A DNA stretch of 64,000 bases from Dimorphilus gyrociliatus (taxonomy: Eukaryota; Animalia; Annelida). Below are positions 34,424 to 48,800 of this stretch, in pieces; position 1 is the stretch's first letter, and each line of letters begins with the position of its first letter. Location of the stretch: assembly GCA_904063045.1 (NCBI GenBank), contig CAJFCJ010000003.1, forward strand, positions 1,922,001-1,986,000, in the 5' to 3' direction. Made by a program: the position numbers and the translations under genes. The notes under the pieces are model-generated. The model had not been told where the DNA came from. It searched no databases and saw only the letters and a list, made by a program, of their open reading frames with translations.

Positions 34424-36756
34424 TGTTTGATAGGATCTTTATGTTTTATTCATTGATTTGATAAAAAGCCGTTTCACTGATTTCCTACTGAGTTTGCAAA
34501 ACGATGCAGTTATTGCAGTATATTTTATATATAGGTGAAAGATGTTGAGGTATTTATTTACTTCTGACGATGTTTTACATCGAGTATCTCGTTTTCAAAT
34601 AGGCCTTCGAGCTTTATAATAGTTTTAAACATAAAAGAAAAGCAAGAATATCAATTAACGCTGTATATAACTATTTAACTATTTATGGTATAAATTCCTC
34701 TTAAAGAGGAATAGGAGGGCGGAAGTATATGTAATTTCTATGTGCAGCTTGCGCCTAATTCTTCGACTAATTCCTCTAGAGTCCTCCGGGTCTCATTTGC
34801 CTACGTAAAAACGGTGGTTTGTTGACAAGAACGCTTTGAGAAAGCAAAATGTATTAACGTGGCGAACATTTGCAAATATACGCGGGCACAAATCGATCGA
34901 AATGACATCATCTTCAATCAATCAAAATAAATCGGACGTTCTGGCTCCACCTATCGCATGATCACCATCAATATTGTTTGATAACATCTTTGTTTGGTAT
35001 TACGTCATTATGGGAGAGGTCAAGTAGCTCTGATTGAGGGCAAGAACGAAGCGTGAATGATTCTGTTTGAGAGGAAAATAATTTATAATTTGTTACGTCT
35101 TTCATCTGCATAAGAATGTAAATACAAAGTAATATCCATAATAATGTAATAGCAAAAGATAATTAATTTACAGAAGGGATTTTAATACCCGCAAAGTAAA
35201 CAGATATATAAGTATCCTTTCAAAAGTGTACTGTATAAAGAATTAGAGATAGAGATCGGGAGCGAGATGATTGACTAGTTGGCATTCGAAAGTGGCAAAT
35301 AACGATGTGTTTAGACAAATTGCAGCGAGAAGCGAGCGCGAAAACATCTCGAACAAAATCGAAAACAGATTGAGAACGAGGAAAAAATGAATAGTTTTTA
35401 CGCACGACCGTCTGATACGAGAAGCAAAGTGTCAGCCATTATCTGCTATCAGCAATGTTTTATCGCAATTATTTACATATGTGCAAGCACATCAAAAGTA
35501 GCTTGCATTACAGGTGCAGTAAGATACAGTGTTTTTTCTACGAATACTCTGTTTACACAATTTAGTCGGGGGCCTCGGATTGGTCCCGCTAATTAGACTT
35601 TAGAAACCTTGATTTTGTTCTCTCTCAAGTTAAACTATTTAACATTTTCCATATTCTTTTCATTCTTAGTATACTTCGCGCTTTTGAAGTTGGCGAAAAC
35701 AATTTATTGCATCACCTGTGCATAATTAAATAAAGAAGCTTTTATACGGAGCGTAAAAAGCTTGGCAATTATACAGCGAAGAAGAAAAATACACTACGCC
35801 GATTGTCTCGGTTTTTAAGCGATTTGGCGTTTTGTTGTTGTTTTGAACGGGCGGATAAAGGTGTTGAGCGTGTGCAAACGGAATGTTGTTTACTTTCTTC
35901 TATCGAATATCATTTAATGTTTTGGCGAACGTGCCAAAGAGTGGCGAGCGTGTGTGCCTATCGGGGAATCACTCTCTCGGCGCTACGTGTCAACACACAG
36001 TAATTTAGATGGCGTAAATCCCTTACGGCGCTCTTTATCTTAAATATGTTCTAATCAACCGTCCGGGCTAATTAGGCTGTCAAAACGAATAGAAGGCGAG
36101 CTTTGCCGAATTGTCCGGACCTTGTAGTCTCTATAGGCTACACGTTATATTTATATATAAAGCGCGTTGATGACGTAACGGAGGCTGGAAACAATTTGCA
36201 AGAGGTTAATTAGAAGCCGTCGACGTACGAGAGCCGCGATCCTGTAAAATAAATTTGGCCTCATTTGCCTCGTCTTCCCTTCGCGCTCATGCAAATTAAA
36301 TATACACTTAAGTATAAAGACGCAGTTTCGTTTTTTTTCAATCGTCTCTCTTCTTCTATAGACAAGTGTTAATTGAGCCTCTTGAACGTGCTGTTTGTGC
36401 GGACACCTTTACTGTCAACATCGGCTGTTTAACTTCAATTATCGACCGCTTTGATCTGGCTTCTTTGTATATTTAGAAAAATGATTGACATTTCTGATAA
36501 TTAAAAACATATATTCTATATATACTTATATACTCTGCGTATTATATATATATATTAAATGAATAAAAAATATCTATATGTTTTATAGTATCCTGTATCA
36601 CCATGAAAGAAAGACTGATTTAATACATTCATAGCATGCCTTCTGAAATAGGCAAAACCATTCATTTATAAGACTACTCGACAATGAAACTCTATTATAC
36701 AGATAAGTGATGAAATTGTGAATGATAAAATGCTAATACGTTTCGAAATATATACA

Positions 36757-36757
<1 letters not shown>

Positions 36758-36797
<40 letters not shown>

Positions 36798-36870
36798 GTT
36801 GTAGATGTATATAAAAAATATATATATATATATATATGTATATCTATATGTGTGTGTATGTATATATACC
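36758..36870. repeat. (TA)n/(TG)n microsatellite upstream of the NK1 start codon
   Basis: Pure (TA)18 at 36758-36793, about (AT)10 at 36818-36837, then mixed TA/TG. Confidence 0.95.
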
Positions 36871-37083
36871 ATATATATTATACACACCCCCTCGATACAA
36901 GTGCGGTCTATTAGCTTGGCAAGAAGCTTTTGCCGACTGCAATCAATTGCAGTCGAGAACCAATTAGCAGTCGAGTGTGAAATGCTGCGCCCGTAGTCGC
37001 ACAGAGCCCTGTCAATCATTCTTGCGCATGCGTGATCGCTAAACTAAAAACTCCGCCCGGTCAGTTTTTGCTTATCTGGCGCT

Positions 37084-38784
<1,701 letters not shown>

Positions 38785-39298
38785 TAAATTTCCCTCGTGT
38801 GTATAATAAACAACAAATAAACACATATATACAACGTATATATGTATCATAAATATAAGTTCTAACTTATATGAAGATATGCCGCATGCCATTATCATTT
38901 ATGAACTGTTGGGTGAACACGTGCTGTTTAAAATATTTTAAAAATTGTAAATATATAGTTGCTAGTTTATTATATATATAATTTATATATATATATATAT
39001 ATATATTTGCATATATGTACATTGTGTATGGTGATATCTGCACTAAATTATTTATTTTTTTAATCAATAAGTAAGCTGTAGAAGTAAAAAAATTAAGATA
39101 TTAAATACGGTTTTAGACGTATTTCTACAATAAACGGGCGACAAGAGAGAAAGACAACGAATGCAGTACAACAAACTGTCGGCAAACAATGCTGATGGAA
39201 GTAAACGAAGGCGGCTATTAGAGATGTCTCTGTTTAAATAGAATCGGTAAATATTGCGTAAAAACACGAAAATATGTATATAAATATACATATAAATA

Positions 39299-39849
39299 NN
39301 NNNNNNNNNNNNNNNNNNNNNNNNNNNNNNNNNNNNNNNNNNNNNNNNNNNNNNNNNNNNNNNNNNNNNNNNNNNNNNNNNNNNNNNNNNNNNNNNNNNN
39401 NNNNNNNNNNNNNNNNNNNNNNNNNNNNNNNNNNNNNNNNNNNNNNNNNNNNNNNNNNNNNNNNNNNNNNNNNNNNNNNNNNNNNNNNNNNNNNNNNNNN
39501 NNNNNNNNNNNNNNNNNNNNNNNNNNNNNNNNNNNNNNNNNNNNNNNNNNNNNNNNNNNNNNNNNNNNNNNNNNNNNNNNNNNNNNNNNNNNNNNNNNNN
39601 NNNNNNNNNNNNNNNNNNNNNNNNNNNNNNNNNNNNNNNNNNNNNNNNNNNNNNNNNNNNNNNNNNNNNNNNNNNNNNNNNNNNNNNNNNNNNNNNNNNN
39701 NNNNNNNNNNNNNNNNNNNNNNNNNNNNNNNNNNNNNNNNNNNNNNNNNNNNNNNNNNNNNNNNNNNNNNNNNNNNNNNNNNNNNNNNNNNNNNNNNNNN
39801 NNNNNNNNNNNNNNNNNNNNNNNNNNNNNNNNNNNNNNNNNNNNNNNNN
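39299..39849. other. Assembly gap (551 N)
   Basis: Run of N; the left flank is TA-rich. Confidence 1.
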
Positions 39850-41541
39850 ATGATATGATGCTAATTGAATAGCTGCACTCGATCTTCATTCAATTTCCCA
39901 CTACTTAGACGCCGACTTTGCAGCTCGTGCCGTTTATTTATAGCATTTTGTAGCGTTTCCTTTTAACAATATTACACCTTTTCATTAAGTGCAATTTAGA
40001 CGCTTCTCGAGTGGCTCAGCGTCAATAACTGTGATTTTCGGAATTTCTACATCATATGGGATTTTCTCGCTTTTCCGATCCATCCGTGGCAACGTTTCTT
40101 CCCCGGGAGAGACTACCCGCTAGCGGAAAGTAATCGACCGTACTTAAGCTTCCTTGCTAAATAGCGCACGCGACAAATTGCTCATTTTAAAGGGAGAAAA
40201 TAGAAGAGGGTCATATACAATGTATACAGTACAACAGAATATAATAGGAAGAGAACTCGAAGTGGCAGGTTGAAAAGAGTGGACGGTTAGCCCATTAGCA
40301 CTATGACATGCGCAAAAGAGATTGGCAATAGGAAGAGGAGAAAGTATAGAAGAGACTGCATTCGAGCACATCATTGGATTATTTGCGATAGAAGAGTATG
40401 CGGCGGTAATCGCCTTCCACCCCCATATATCTAAAACTGCCTTTCCTTTTTTTCGGTCGGGCGGGGTCAAAGATGTGAAGTAGCGAGGCGACTTTTTTCT
40501 TTTTCTTTCTTACCCTCTCCGTTTTTTTTCTAATTATATACATGATATCGTTGCTCACTGCAAGCAAATGATGCAGTGACCATTAAATGGAAGTGAAATG
40601 GAGCTTGACAAAATTCTCTACTCCCTCTAGTGTGCCACCGATTCGCGATTCGATAGCCGTCTAGAGAACTGATTTTTCCGCCACTTTTTTCTTCATTCCT
40701 TTTACTTTCTTCTTCACTTCACCTTTGTTAATCGATTGACAAATAGGAATAAAGCAGTTCTACGTGTTGAACGTCAATAGCTACAAGCGTCTGATCGAGA
40801 CACCCAGATCGTTCGAACGAGTGACGCGGAACACTCTTCAGAATGGACACGTTTCGGGCCATTGACGCCCCAATGACGCAGCGTCTCTCTTGATGCGATC
40901 TGCGCTCGGCATAATAGTCATTGACTTGCTTCACAAAGCGCCCCTAATTGAACGTTTCACTCGCTAACGACATACCACTATCCTAGTAAGCTGACTAGAT
41001 TCGAGTTACATTCTACACGCTATTCTCTCGCAATTATACCCTCTATAACCGAATATTGATTTATTGCTTAGCTTCTCTTCCTTCAAAAGCATTACAATAA
41101 ACGCCGCCCCCTTTTTACTAAATCTCTTACTCTCGACTGGTTTAACAGGTGCTGCCATCTAACACCGCACAAATAATTTTATTTAAGTAAATTTTTTAAA
41201 CATAAAAGCGATAAAACGCTTTTATTTATACATTTACACACACGCATACCAATATCCAATTTAATAATCATGCAGAGAGTGTAAAGAAAATAATAACATA
41301 AAATTTTTGTATAGTGAGAAATATCCATACAGTATGTAATGAAAAACATTATGGTCATTAGTCATAGAAGTTAAAAAAAATTTGTTATCAACTCTTTTTG
41401 GTTGATCGGGCAGAACGACGGGTTCTAGGTAACGTTCCATAAGCATCAAGCTGAAAAAAAAACCAATCAAGTCTCTGAAACATGCTGTTAGTATTTTAGA
41501 AAATGAAGCATTAAGTACACGCGAGAATCGATGTTTTTTAA

Positions 41542-42681
41542 TCATCGCCTGATCGCCGTTTCCAGCGCTGTTTCACATTGGAATCGCCAGTTGCGTTACA
41601 AATTTTCTCCTCGAGAGAGTATGTGTTCTGAAGCTGTCAAAAGATGGCGTTACACGCAGGAAAGTTTCTTGAAACTCGTTCATTGGCGGAAATTTTAAAA
41701 AATTATTAGCAATTCGTATATTCATACCTGACGTTTTGATGAAGAAATTTTTGAATCGTCATCGTCCTCTTCATCAACAGATGAGAGGTCAGAGCTGGCT
41801 TTTGCCGATTGTTTTTTTGTACGTTCTTTCTTCTGCTTTCTTTCAATTACAATTTCTGAGTCAGTTGGAGAAGGTCCTTCAAACAGCTGATTTGAACCGA
41901 CGTCGTTCAAACTGTAGCTTCGCCTCAAATGATCAGCAACTGCTGTTTGACCCTATTAAAAAGCAAATAAATCAAGCAAATAAGACTGATGTTTGAATCG
42001 ATAAATATGTACCTTCATTGCTGTAGTGAGTACGACATTTGTGGCATAGCTTAAGCCTCTGGAACCAATCTCTAACAGTGCAGAGTAGCCTTTATCTGAG
42101 GCTTGTTCGATATATGTATCGATCTCTTCTTCATGTTTAGCTAATTGCCGATGAACAATTTTCTTATATATAATTTTTGAGCCTTGAGTTGCTGGAGATA
42201 ACAACCAAATTATAAATACAATCTTCAATTCGTAGTAGAAAGGAAGCCTGTAATGAATAATTTATAATTAGAGGGATTAGAAAATGGAACAAACAGCAAC
42301 ATCTGTTGAACAAACGACAACTTACCAGCATACGAATAAATCAGCCACAGTTTCGGCACACGTAAATAATGCGAATATAACCCAGTACATCATCCATTTT
42401 AACTAGGGGAGAAATAGTTTTCACAAATAACATATATTTATATGATTGAAAGTAATGCAATAGCCAAATGGTTAATAAAAAAATTAGTCAATAATTCTAC
42501 ATACATATTCTTTAGTATTTCTCGTTTTAATTGCCTTATAAGAAGCATATGCAGGGTATAAAGTTCCAAAAACTAATCTGTAATTGAAATATTATATTTT
42601 AATATTCTTCAAAGCAATAACCATTGATTAAAAACAACACGATACTGACATCACAAAACGAGAAACTAGAGCGGATATCAT
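41542..42681 (-). CDS. REEP: REEP1-4 subfamily ER-shaping protein (TB2/DP1/HVA22)
   Basis: Exon 1 is 42681-42650 ([11 protein letters not shown]), followed by [49 protein letters not shown] and LRRSYSLND (the REEP1-4 S-phosphomotif region). The last exon is uncertain: the CDS either stops at 41722 or splices to an exon ending near 41542. Confidence 0.92.
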
Positions 42682-43128
42682 GATTTATTCAACTTTATTG
42701 GTTGGTCAAACTTGACATTATATTTCTCTTTTTATTCTAAAACTGTGAAAAATTTTATTGTTAGCTCGATCTCTACAGAAATTTTATTTAAACTGCTAAC
42801 TCGTTGTCTGCTCGAATCGACTTTCACCGCCATATTGCCTTCGGGTCACGTGATACAACATACTCATGGATGAGTTTAACAACTTAAATAGGGGGTGTCA
42901 ATAAAAAAGAGAATACTCACCGGATAGGAACTGATGTAGGCCTATCTATTTCCAGCAATCAAGTCAGTCTCCAATACTTTGTGATACTATAATCTGAAAA
43001 CCTGAAACAATATCCTTTTATATCAAAAAAAGTGCGATTGACCGAATTCAGAGACTTTAGGTCTATTCAACAGAGTATACTGTTTCCAATTTGAAGTTGA
43101 ATGTAAATCAAGCTTAGGGCCTCTTGTT

Positions 43129-43141
43129 GTTGCTAGGCGAT
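43129..43141 (+). promoter_or_regulatory. X-box (RFX)-like element GTTGCTAGGCGAT
   Basis: Near match to GTTGCTAGGCAAC, about 280 bp upstream of the SAXO-like ATG. Confidence 0.5.
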
Positions 43142-43421
43142 GCTTGAACGTATATGAGGTTATTGCCAAGTTTTAAAAGGTACGTATTTTGAAAGTCTTA
43201 TACACTCTTATTCACCAAACAAGAGATGACTGCTAATTCTAGGCTTATGTGAATATGCGTGATAAGGATTATCATAATTGATTGTCCGACAGGAATATTC
43301 AAGTTTTATTTTCTGTTACTCGCTTAAAATCAATAGCGTTATCAACATCGAAAGTTTGCGTAAAGTGCAATAATACAAGTTCTTACACATTTTAACAGTG
43401 TCACTTGGCCATACTTCAGTT

Positions 43422-44792
43422 ATGGACGTTAAAGAAGCGGTTGTTGGAGGACAGGTTTGTATTTTGATATATCTTTACTTTCGGAGTTCATCAGCTTAAA
43501 AGTTTTTTATTTTGCTTTCACCGCTATGATTCACGAATCACAGCCAACAGCCAAAATTTCAGATAGGACTAGCCATAGGGACGAATTTGTACCTTTTGAT
43601 ACGGAAACAATGATATCTTGTCGACCAAAAATTTTCAAAATGACGAATAGTTTTGAATTATCCCATGGAGAGAAGTTTGAGAGTGAAACTACGCATTCAG
43701 TAAGATCAATAATTACACAGTATACAATTACATCTAAAAGTGACCGGTAGACTTTAAAATAACCTTAAAAGTTACACTATCTTACTTTTATGCCTCTTTA
43801 AAATGTTTATACAACGCCATTAAAAACTGACAGAAAGATTACTATCCGCGCAAAAACATCAATAAAAGAAAAGCCATAGTTCAAAAAGAAAATGGTATAT
43901 TCTACGAACATTTAAGGAATGACATGAAAACGACCCATGGAGAGTCGTTTCCCCCTAGAGAAAATTCCGTTGCGCGAACTTTGCGTAAGTTTTTATATTT
44001 ATTGAATATTTATTGACGTGCTTTTTTATCGATAATTTTTTTATATATCGACAGCGTTCATTCCAGTTAATAAGCGAGAAACTCTAGCTGCTCTGGAGAA
44101 TAAAACTGTGACTAGATCAGATTATGTTAACTTTGGTAATCAAGCGCGCTCTAAGCCTATACTACCTAAATCGAATTCCGTAGTAAGTAAGGAGCCAATG
44201 CAAAGTACAACATCATATCAAGAATCCCATACACCGAAGCCAGTTAGTCCTATGACGAAACCAGAATGGGCACAAAAAAAACCCTATGAAGCTCCAGTCA
44301 ACAAATTACCCGACGTAACGACATACAAGGAAACTTTTGTTAAAATGCAAACACCTCGTCCAGATCCCAAAAAACATGATGATAACGAAATATTTTCTAA
44401 AGAGAATGTAAATTATCGTACAATGTACGAAAATGCCTATTCTAGTAGGCAAAATTCTAAGAAAAGAATGCCAATAAAGCATATCGATAATATTCAACTT
44501 TCAAGTGACAAGTTTCAAGGAGCGTCAGTTTACAAAGACCACTATAACGGTTTGTTAACACTTAAATATTTCGTAAATTATATAGAAACAGACTGTTTAT
44601 AATTCGTGTATATTCATAGGATATGATAAAAAACAAACATTCTCAAAAGCAAAAACTATGACTGAAATGACCGAGAAGTACTCGAAAATGACCGCTCCTG
44701 CTGAAGAAAATTGTCAAGACGTTGGTGCACAATCGAAACCGGTCAGATTGGCCCCTCTAACGAATCGTCCATCATTGCCGTCTCAAAGCTAA
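43422..44792 (+). CDS. SAXO/FAM154-like axonemal microtubule inner protein
   Basis: The spliced ORF (MDVKEAVVGGQ|PTAKISDRTSHRDEFVPF..) carries repeated Mn-like motifs: TTHSKDYYP, TTHGESFPP, TRSDYV, STTSYQESHTP, VTTYKETFVKM, TMYENAYS, SVYKDHYNG. Stop at 44790-44792. An X-box-like element lies upstream. Confidence 0.6.
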
Positions 44793-45786
44793 GAAAATTC
44801 CGTATACCTCTTATTCACCTGCACTCTTCACAAGATTTGAAAATGTTACTCTAATCAAGTGAAAAAATATCTATTGAATAAATGAAATATTCATGATTGA
44901 ATTTGAACATAAAGATTTCAAGGTTTACCGGCCAATTTGTAGGCTCAATAGAGAATCAATTTGTTGTGTTAATTAGCACTCTGTTATTGTATCCTTTCTT
45001 TATCAAACAAAATTGATGAGAATGAGACATTTTCTCTTTAAGTATGTCTTTTATAACATTCTCTGAACAATGAATCTCCGAAGCTTTAAAATGAGGTCAT
45101 TTATTCCATATTCATAAAGAATTAGAGAGAACTTTTCTTTTCATTGTTTTATAATGAACAAAGAGTTTCCTGTAAGTTTTATGTCATTTTTTTCGCATAC
45201 TATAATTTATTCATCGTGGGAAGCCTTTTAGGTTTTTATGAACCTTTTACTATTCTTAATATCATACCTAGAGCATATTTGTTATATACATAAACAGAAG
45301 ATTTACTCCGCCTATTTGTAATATTGCTAACAGTATAGCTCTTTTTACTTAATGAAAAAAAAACCGCGAAAATTGAAAATACCGAGAATCGGACTTATTT
45401 TTCTCACAAAATATCGAAGAATATGCAAAACTATTAAATAAGCAACAATAAAAGGTTGCCATGTGGTAGCAATAGATCCTTTTATTTAAATTCCTTAAAG
45501 AAAGGAAACACACAGATTTAGCTCAAACACATTTTCCATATGTTATAATATTTAATACCAACATTTGGTCTCCTTTACCTTTATAACAAAGTACTAATAG
45601 TAACAAAATTACGTTAGTAATCTCCATTGTAAGGGTGTTAAGTTTATTTGGTCAATCCACTTGTCACTCGAATCACAACTTATTTACTCAAAACCGCTGA
45701 ACTTTTAGGCAGAGATCTTACGATTTTTCGCAATTATGGAGGTTTTTTAAGTAACCAAATTGTTATTCAGGATTAGGAAATACTCC

Positions 45787-45794
45787 TTTGGCGC
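45787..45794 (+). promoter_or_regulatory. E2F site TTTGGCGC
   Basis: Canonical TTTSSCGC, about 85 bp upstream of the SBNO-like ATG. Confidence 0.55.
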
Positions 45795-45879
45795 CGATTT
45801 GTGGACATCGCAATTTTTTACTCAGTTATTGAATTATCACTCAAATTTAGTTGCTCTGTGAAATATTTTTAATCAACTT

Positions 45880-48800
45880 ATGGAAATAAATGGTATATAA
45901 CAAACATTCTTTTTTAATTTTAATGACTTGGATATTTTCAAAAAAGACGAGATTACTATCGAGTCAAGCAAACTCCTAAATGAGTATGAAGAATCCACTT
46001 CCAACGATGATATATATTGTGCTTACCAGTCAAAAAATTTAATCGAGTCCAAAAAACACCCGGGAGATATTGTGGAAGCTTCGTCTCTTAGTGTAAGTCT
46101 TCACTGAAAAAGAATATTCATCTATTCTTTTCGATGGTCATAGTAGCTTTGAAGTAGATTTTAAAAAAAAATAATTATCAACAGGCGGTTAGTCTTCCCG
46201 AACCTTCTTATCCAATTTCTGAATGGTTGAAATCAAACTGTCCTTGTTTTGAACAACTCAGTGATCTTCAAATTGATGGTATTTTATATGCTGTAAGTTT
46301 CATAATTTTATATTTTATATACTAAATTATATCCATTTTAAAACTGTTCACTCAGTGTCAGAGGCATCAACTATTTCTACCCAATAATACAAGGGCTGGA
46401 TTTTTCTTGGGGGATGGTGCAGGAGTTGGTAAAGGGAGACAAGTAAATCTTCATTATTATTACAGTACATATACACTGTATATATTATATATTTTAAAAG
46501 ATAGCTGGTGTTATTATTGATAATTACGTACGAGGACGAAAGAAGCATGTCTGGTTTAGTGTCTCCTCAGATCTAGTTGTCGATGCTAGGAGGTAATATC
46601 CCTTTAGCAAGAGAGAGAATTATTTTACGATCTTTATAACATATATACTGTATCATGTATTTTTAGGGACATTTCCGACTTAGGTTGCACAATAAAAGTT
46701 ATCAATGGCTGTCAAGAACTTGATAGTAAAACAAAAGCTCTTGGACTGTCTTCAGATTATAAAGAAGGAGTGTTATTCTCCACTTATGCTATTTTATCTT
46801 GTCCAAGTAGAATCAGACAAATAATAGATTGGTGCGGGGGCTCAGAATTCGAAGGTTGCCTGGTATTTGATGAATGTCACAAAGCTAAACATCTTGTTTT
46901 GGTAACGATTTTCTAATTTCCTAATATTACTTCATTTTAATATTTTTTGATAGGGTAATGAAGATGCTAGTACAAAAGTGGCCTCAGCTGTTCTTCATTT
47001 ACAAAGAACTTTGTCAAAAGCTAGAATACTATATTGCAGTGCTACTGGTGCATCTGATATTAAAAATATTGTTGGTTATGCAAAAATATAGACAACTATT
47101 ATATTGTGTGTTACCATATAGGCATTTATGGAACGTTTAGGACTTTGGGGAGATGGCACTCCATTCAAAAGTTTCAATAACATCCTGAGTAATTTCAATA
47201 AAGGAGGTTTGGCAATGGCAGAAATGTTAGCGATGTATATGAAAGCTGTCGGAACTTATGTGTGTCGTAGCTTGAGTTTTAAGAACGCACAAGTATATTA
47301 TTTCTTTCAAGTTGTCTTTTAGATGTAAAAGGCTTTTCTTTCAGTTCGAAACTAAGAAAATAGAATTAACACCAAAGCAAGAGAAAACCTATAACGCTGC
47401 TGTTAAGTTATGGTAGAATCCCATTTCTTCTTCGGCAAATAATTTTTATTACATTCATAGGAGAGAAATCTTCGTAAGCTTATCAACGGCCGTCCGAAGA
47501 ACAAAATGCTCATCGAAAACTATAAATGCTTCATTCTGGTCTGCACATCAACGATTTTTCAAACAAATGTGGTGAGGACAGATGATTTGATTAAATAAAA
47601 AACTGATATTGAATTCTCTTTGTTAAGCATGGCAATTAAATTACCAATTGTGTTGGAAGAAACTAAAAAAGCGCTTGTGAGTGACAGCTGCGTTGTTATA
47701 GGATTACAGAGCACGGGCGAAGCTGGATTACAAGCTTCTTTAAAGAAAAATGAAAAGATAAATGATTTCATTTCAGTTTGTCGACACATTGTTTTACAGT
47801 TTATTACAAATCATTTTCCAACTACAATTGAGAATGCGGTAGGCATGCTTACTTGCATAAAGTTTATCCGTTTAATTTTTTGGTCCGTATCTTACAAACA
47901 GAATATGAGTAGCGTAAAAGTAGAAGATGAGTGGTGCACTCAGGCGAAAGAAAAGTTATGTGACTATGCTTCAAAAATAGAACTGCCCAATGGGTAACAA
48001 AAGTGGTACTTTATATTTTGAAAATATTAAATTAGTATTTGCAGATGTCTTGATGAACTGATAAATACCTTAGGTGGTAAGGATATCGTTGCTGAGATGA
48101 CAGGAAGGCGTTACGGACTATATAAAATTAAAGAAAAAGTTCATTGCATCTCTCGCTACTCTGACAACGACTCATTAGAAACAACAAACGTTTCAGAGGT
48201 ATTTATTTAGTTTGTCGATACAATAAGTCATATCAAAATTTTTAGCGAGACAAATTTATGAGGGGCGAAAAACTGATTGCTGTAATTTCGGATGCGGCCA
48301 GCACAGGCATATCTTTGCATGCAGACAATAGAGTTTTAAACAAACGGCGAAGAATACATGTTACATGGGAGCTGCCTTGGTCGGCTGAAAAAGCTGTTCA
48401 ACAACTAGGAAGATCATTAAGAAGTAATCAAACTAGTGCCCCTATTTATCTGCTGCCCGTTACCAATCTATCAGGAGAGATGAGATTTGCTTCTACAGTT
48501 TGTAAACGCCTGCAGCATCTAGGAGCTTTAACTAGAGGGGATAGACGAGCAGCCTCTGAAGGAGCTTTTGCTGAGTTCAATTTTGATAATGAATTTGGCA
48601 AACAAGCTTTACAAACAATGTATACAGCTATATGTCGCAACAGCTTACCACAGGGTCTAGCTGTTCAAGACCTATGCAAAAGTTATTCAGATATGACTGC
48701 TATGAACAAATCATTGAAGGAGTGCTTATTTTTTGTCGATCTTATAAGTGAAGAGACTGCTATAAATGTTAAAGAAAATCAGAATCGAGATGTTTCAAAA

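Noticed and set aside
36666-37019. ORFs with YIYIYI runs
   Set aside because: Translations of (TA)n microsatellites.
24438-37083. Search for conserved miRNA hairpins, snRNAs, rRNA, CRISPR-like arrays or TIR/LTR elements in the desert
   Set aside because: I recognised no mature miRNA sequence, spaced direct repeats or terminal repeats by eye. An Infernal/Rfam and RepeatModeler run would be needed to exclude them.
39218-39889. Long ORFs of 223 and 194 aa in the track
   Set aside because: Artefacts of the N gap (runs of X).
40144-40470. 108-aa minus-strand ORF downstream of NK1
   Set aside because: No homology or motif and no supporting splice pattern; the region looks like an enhancer or UTR.
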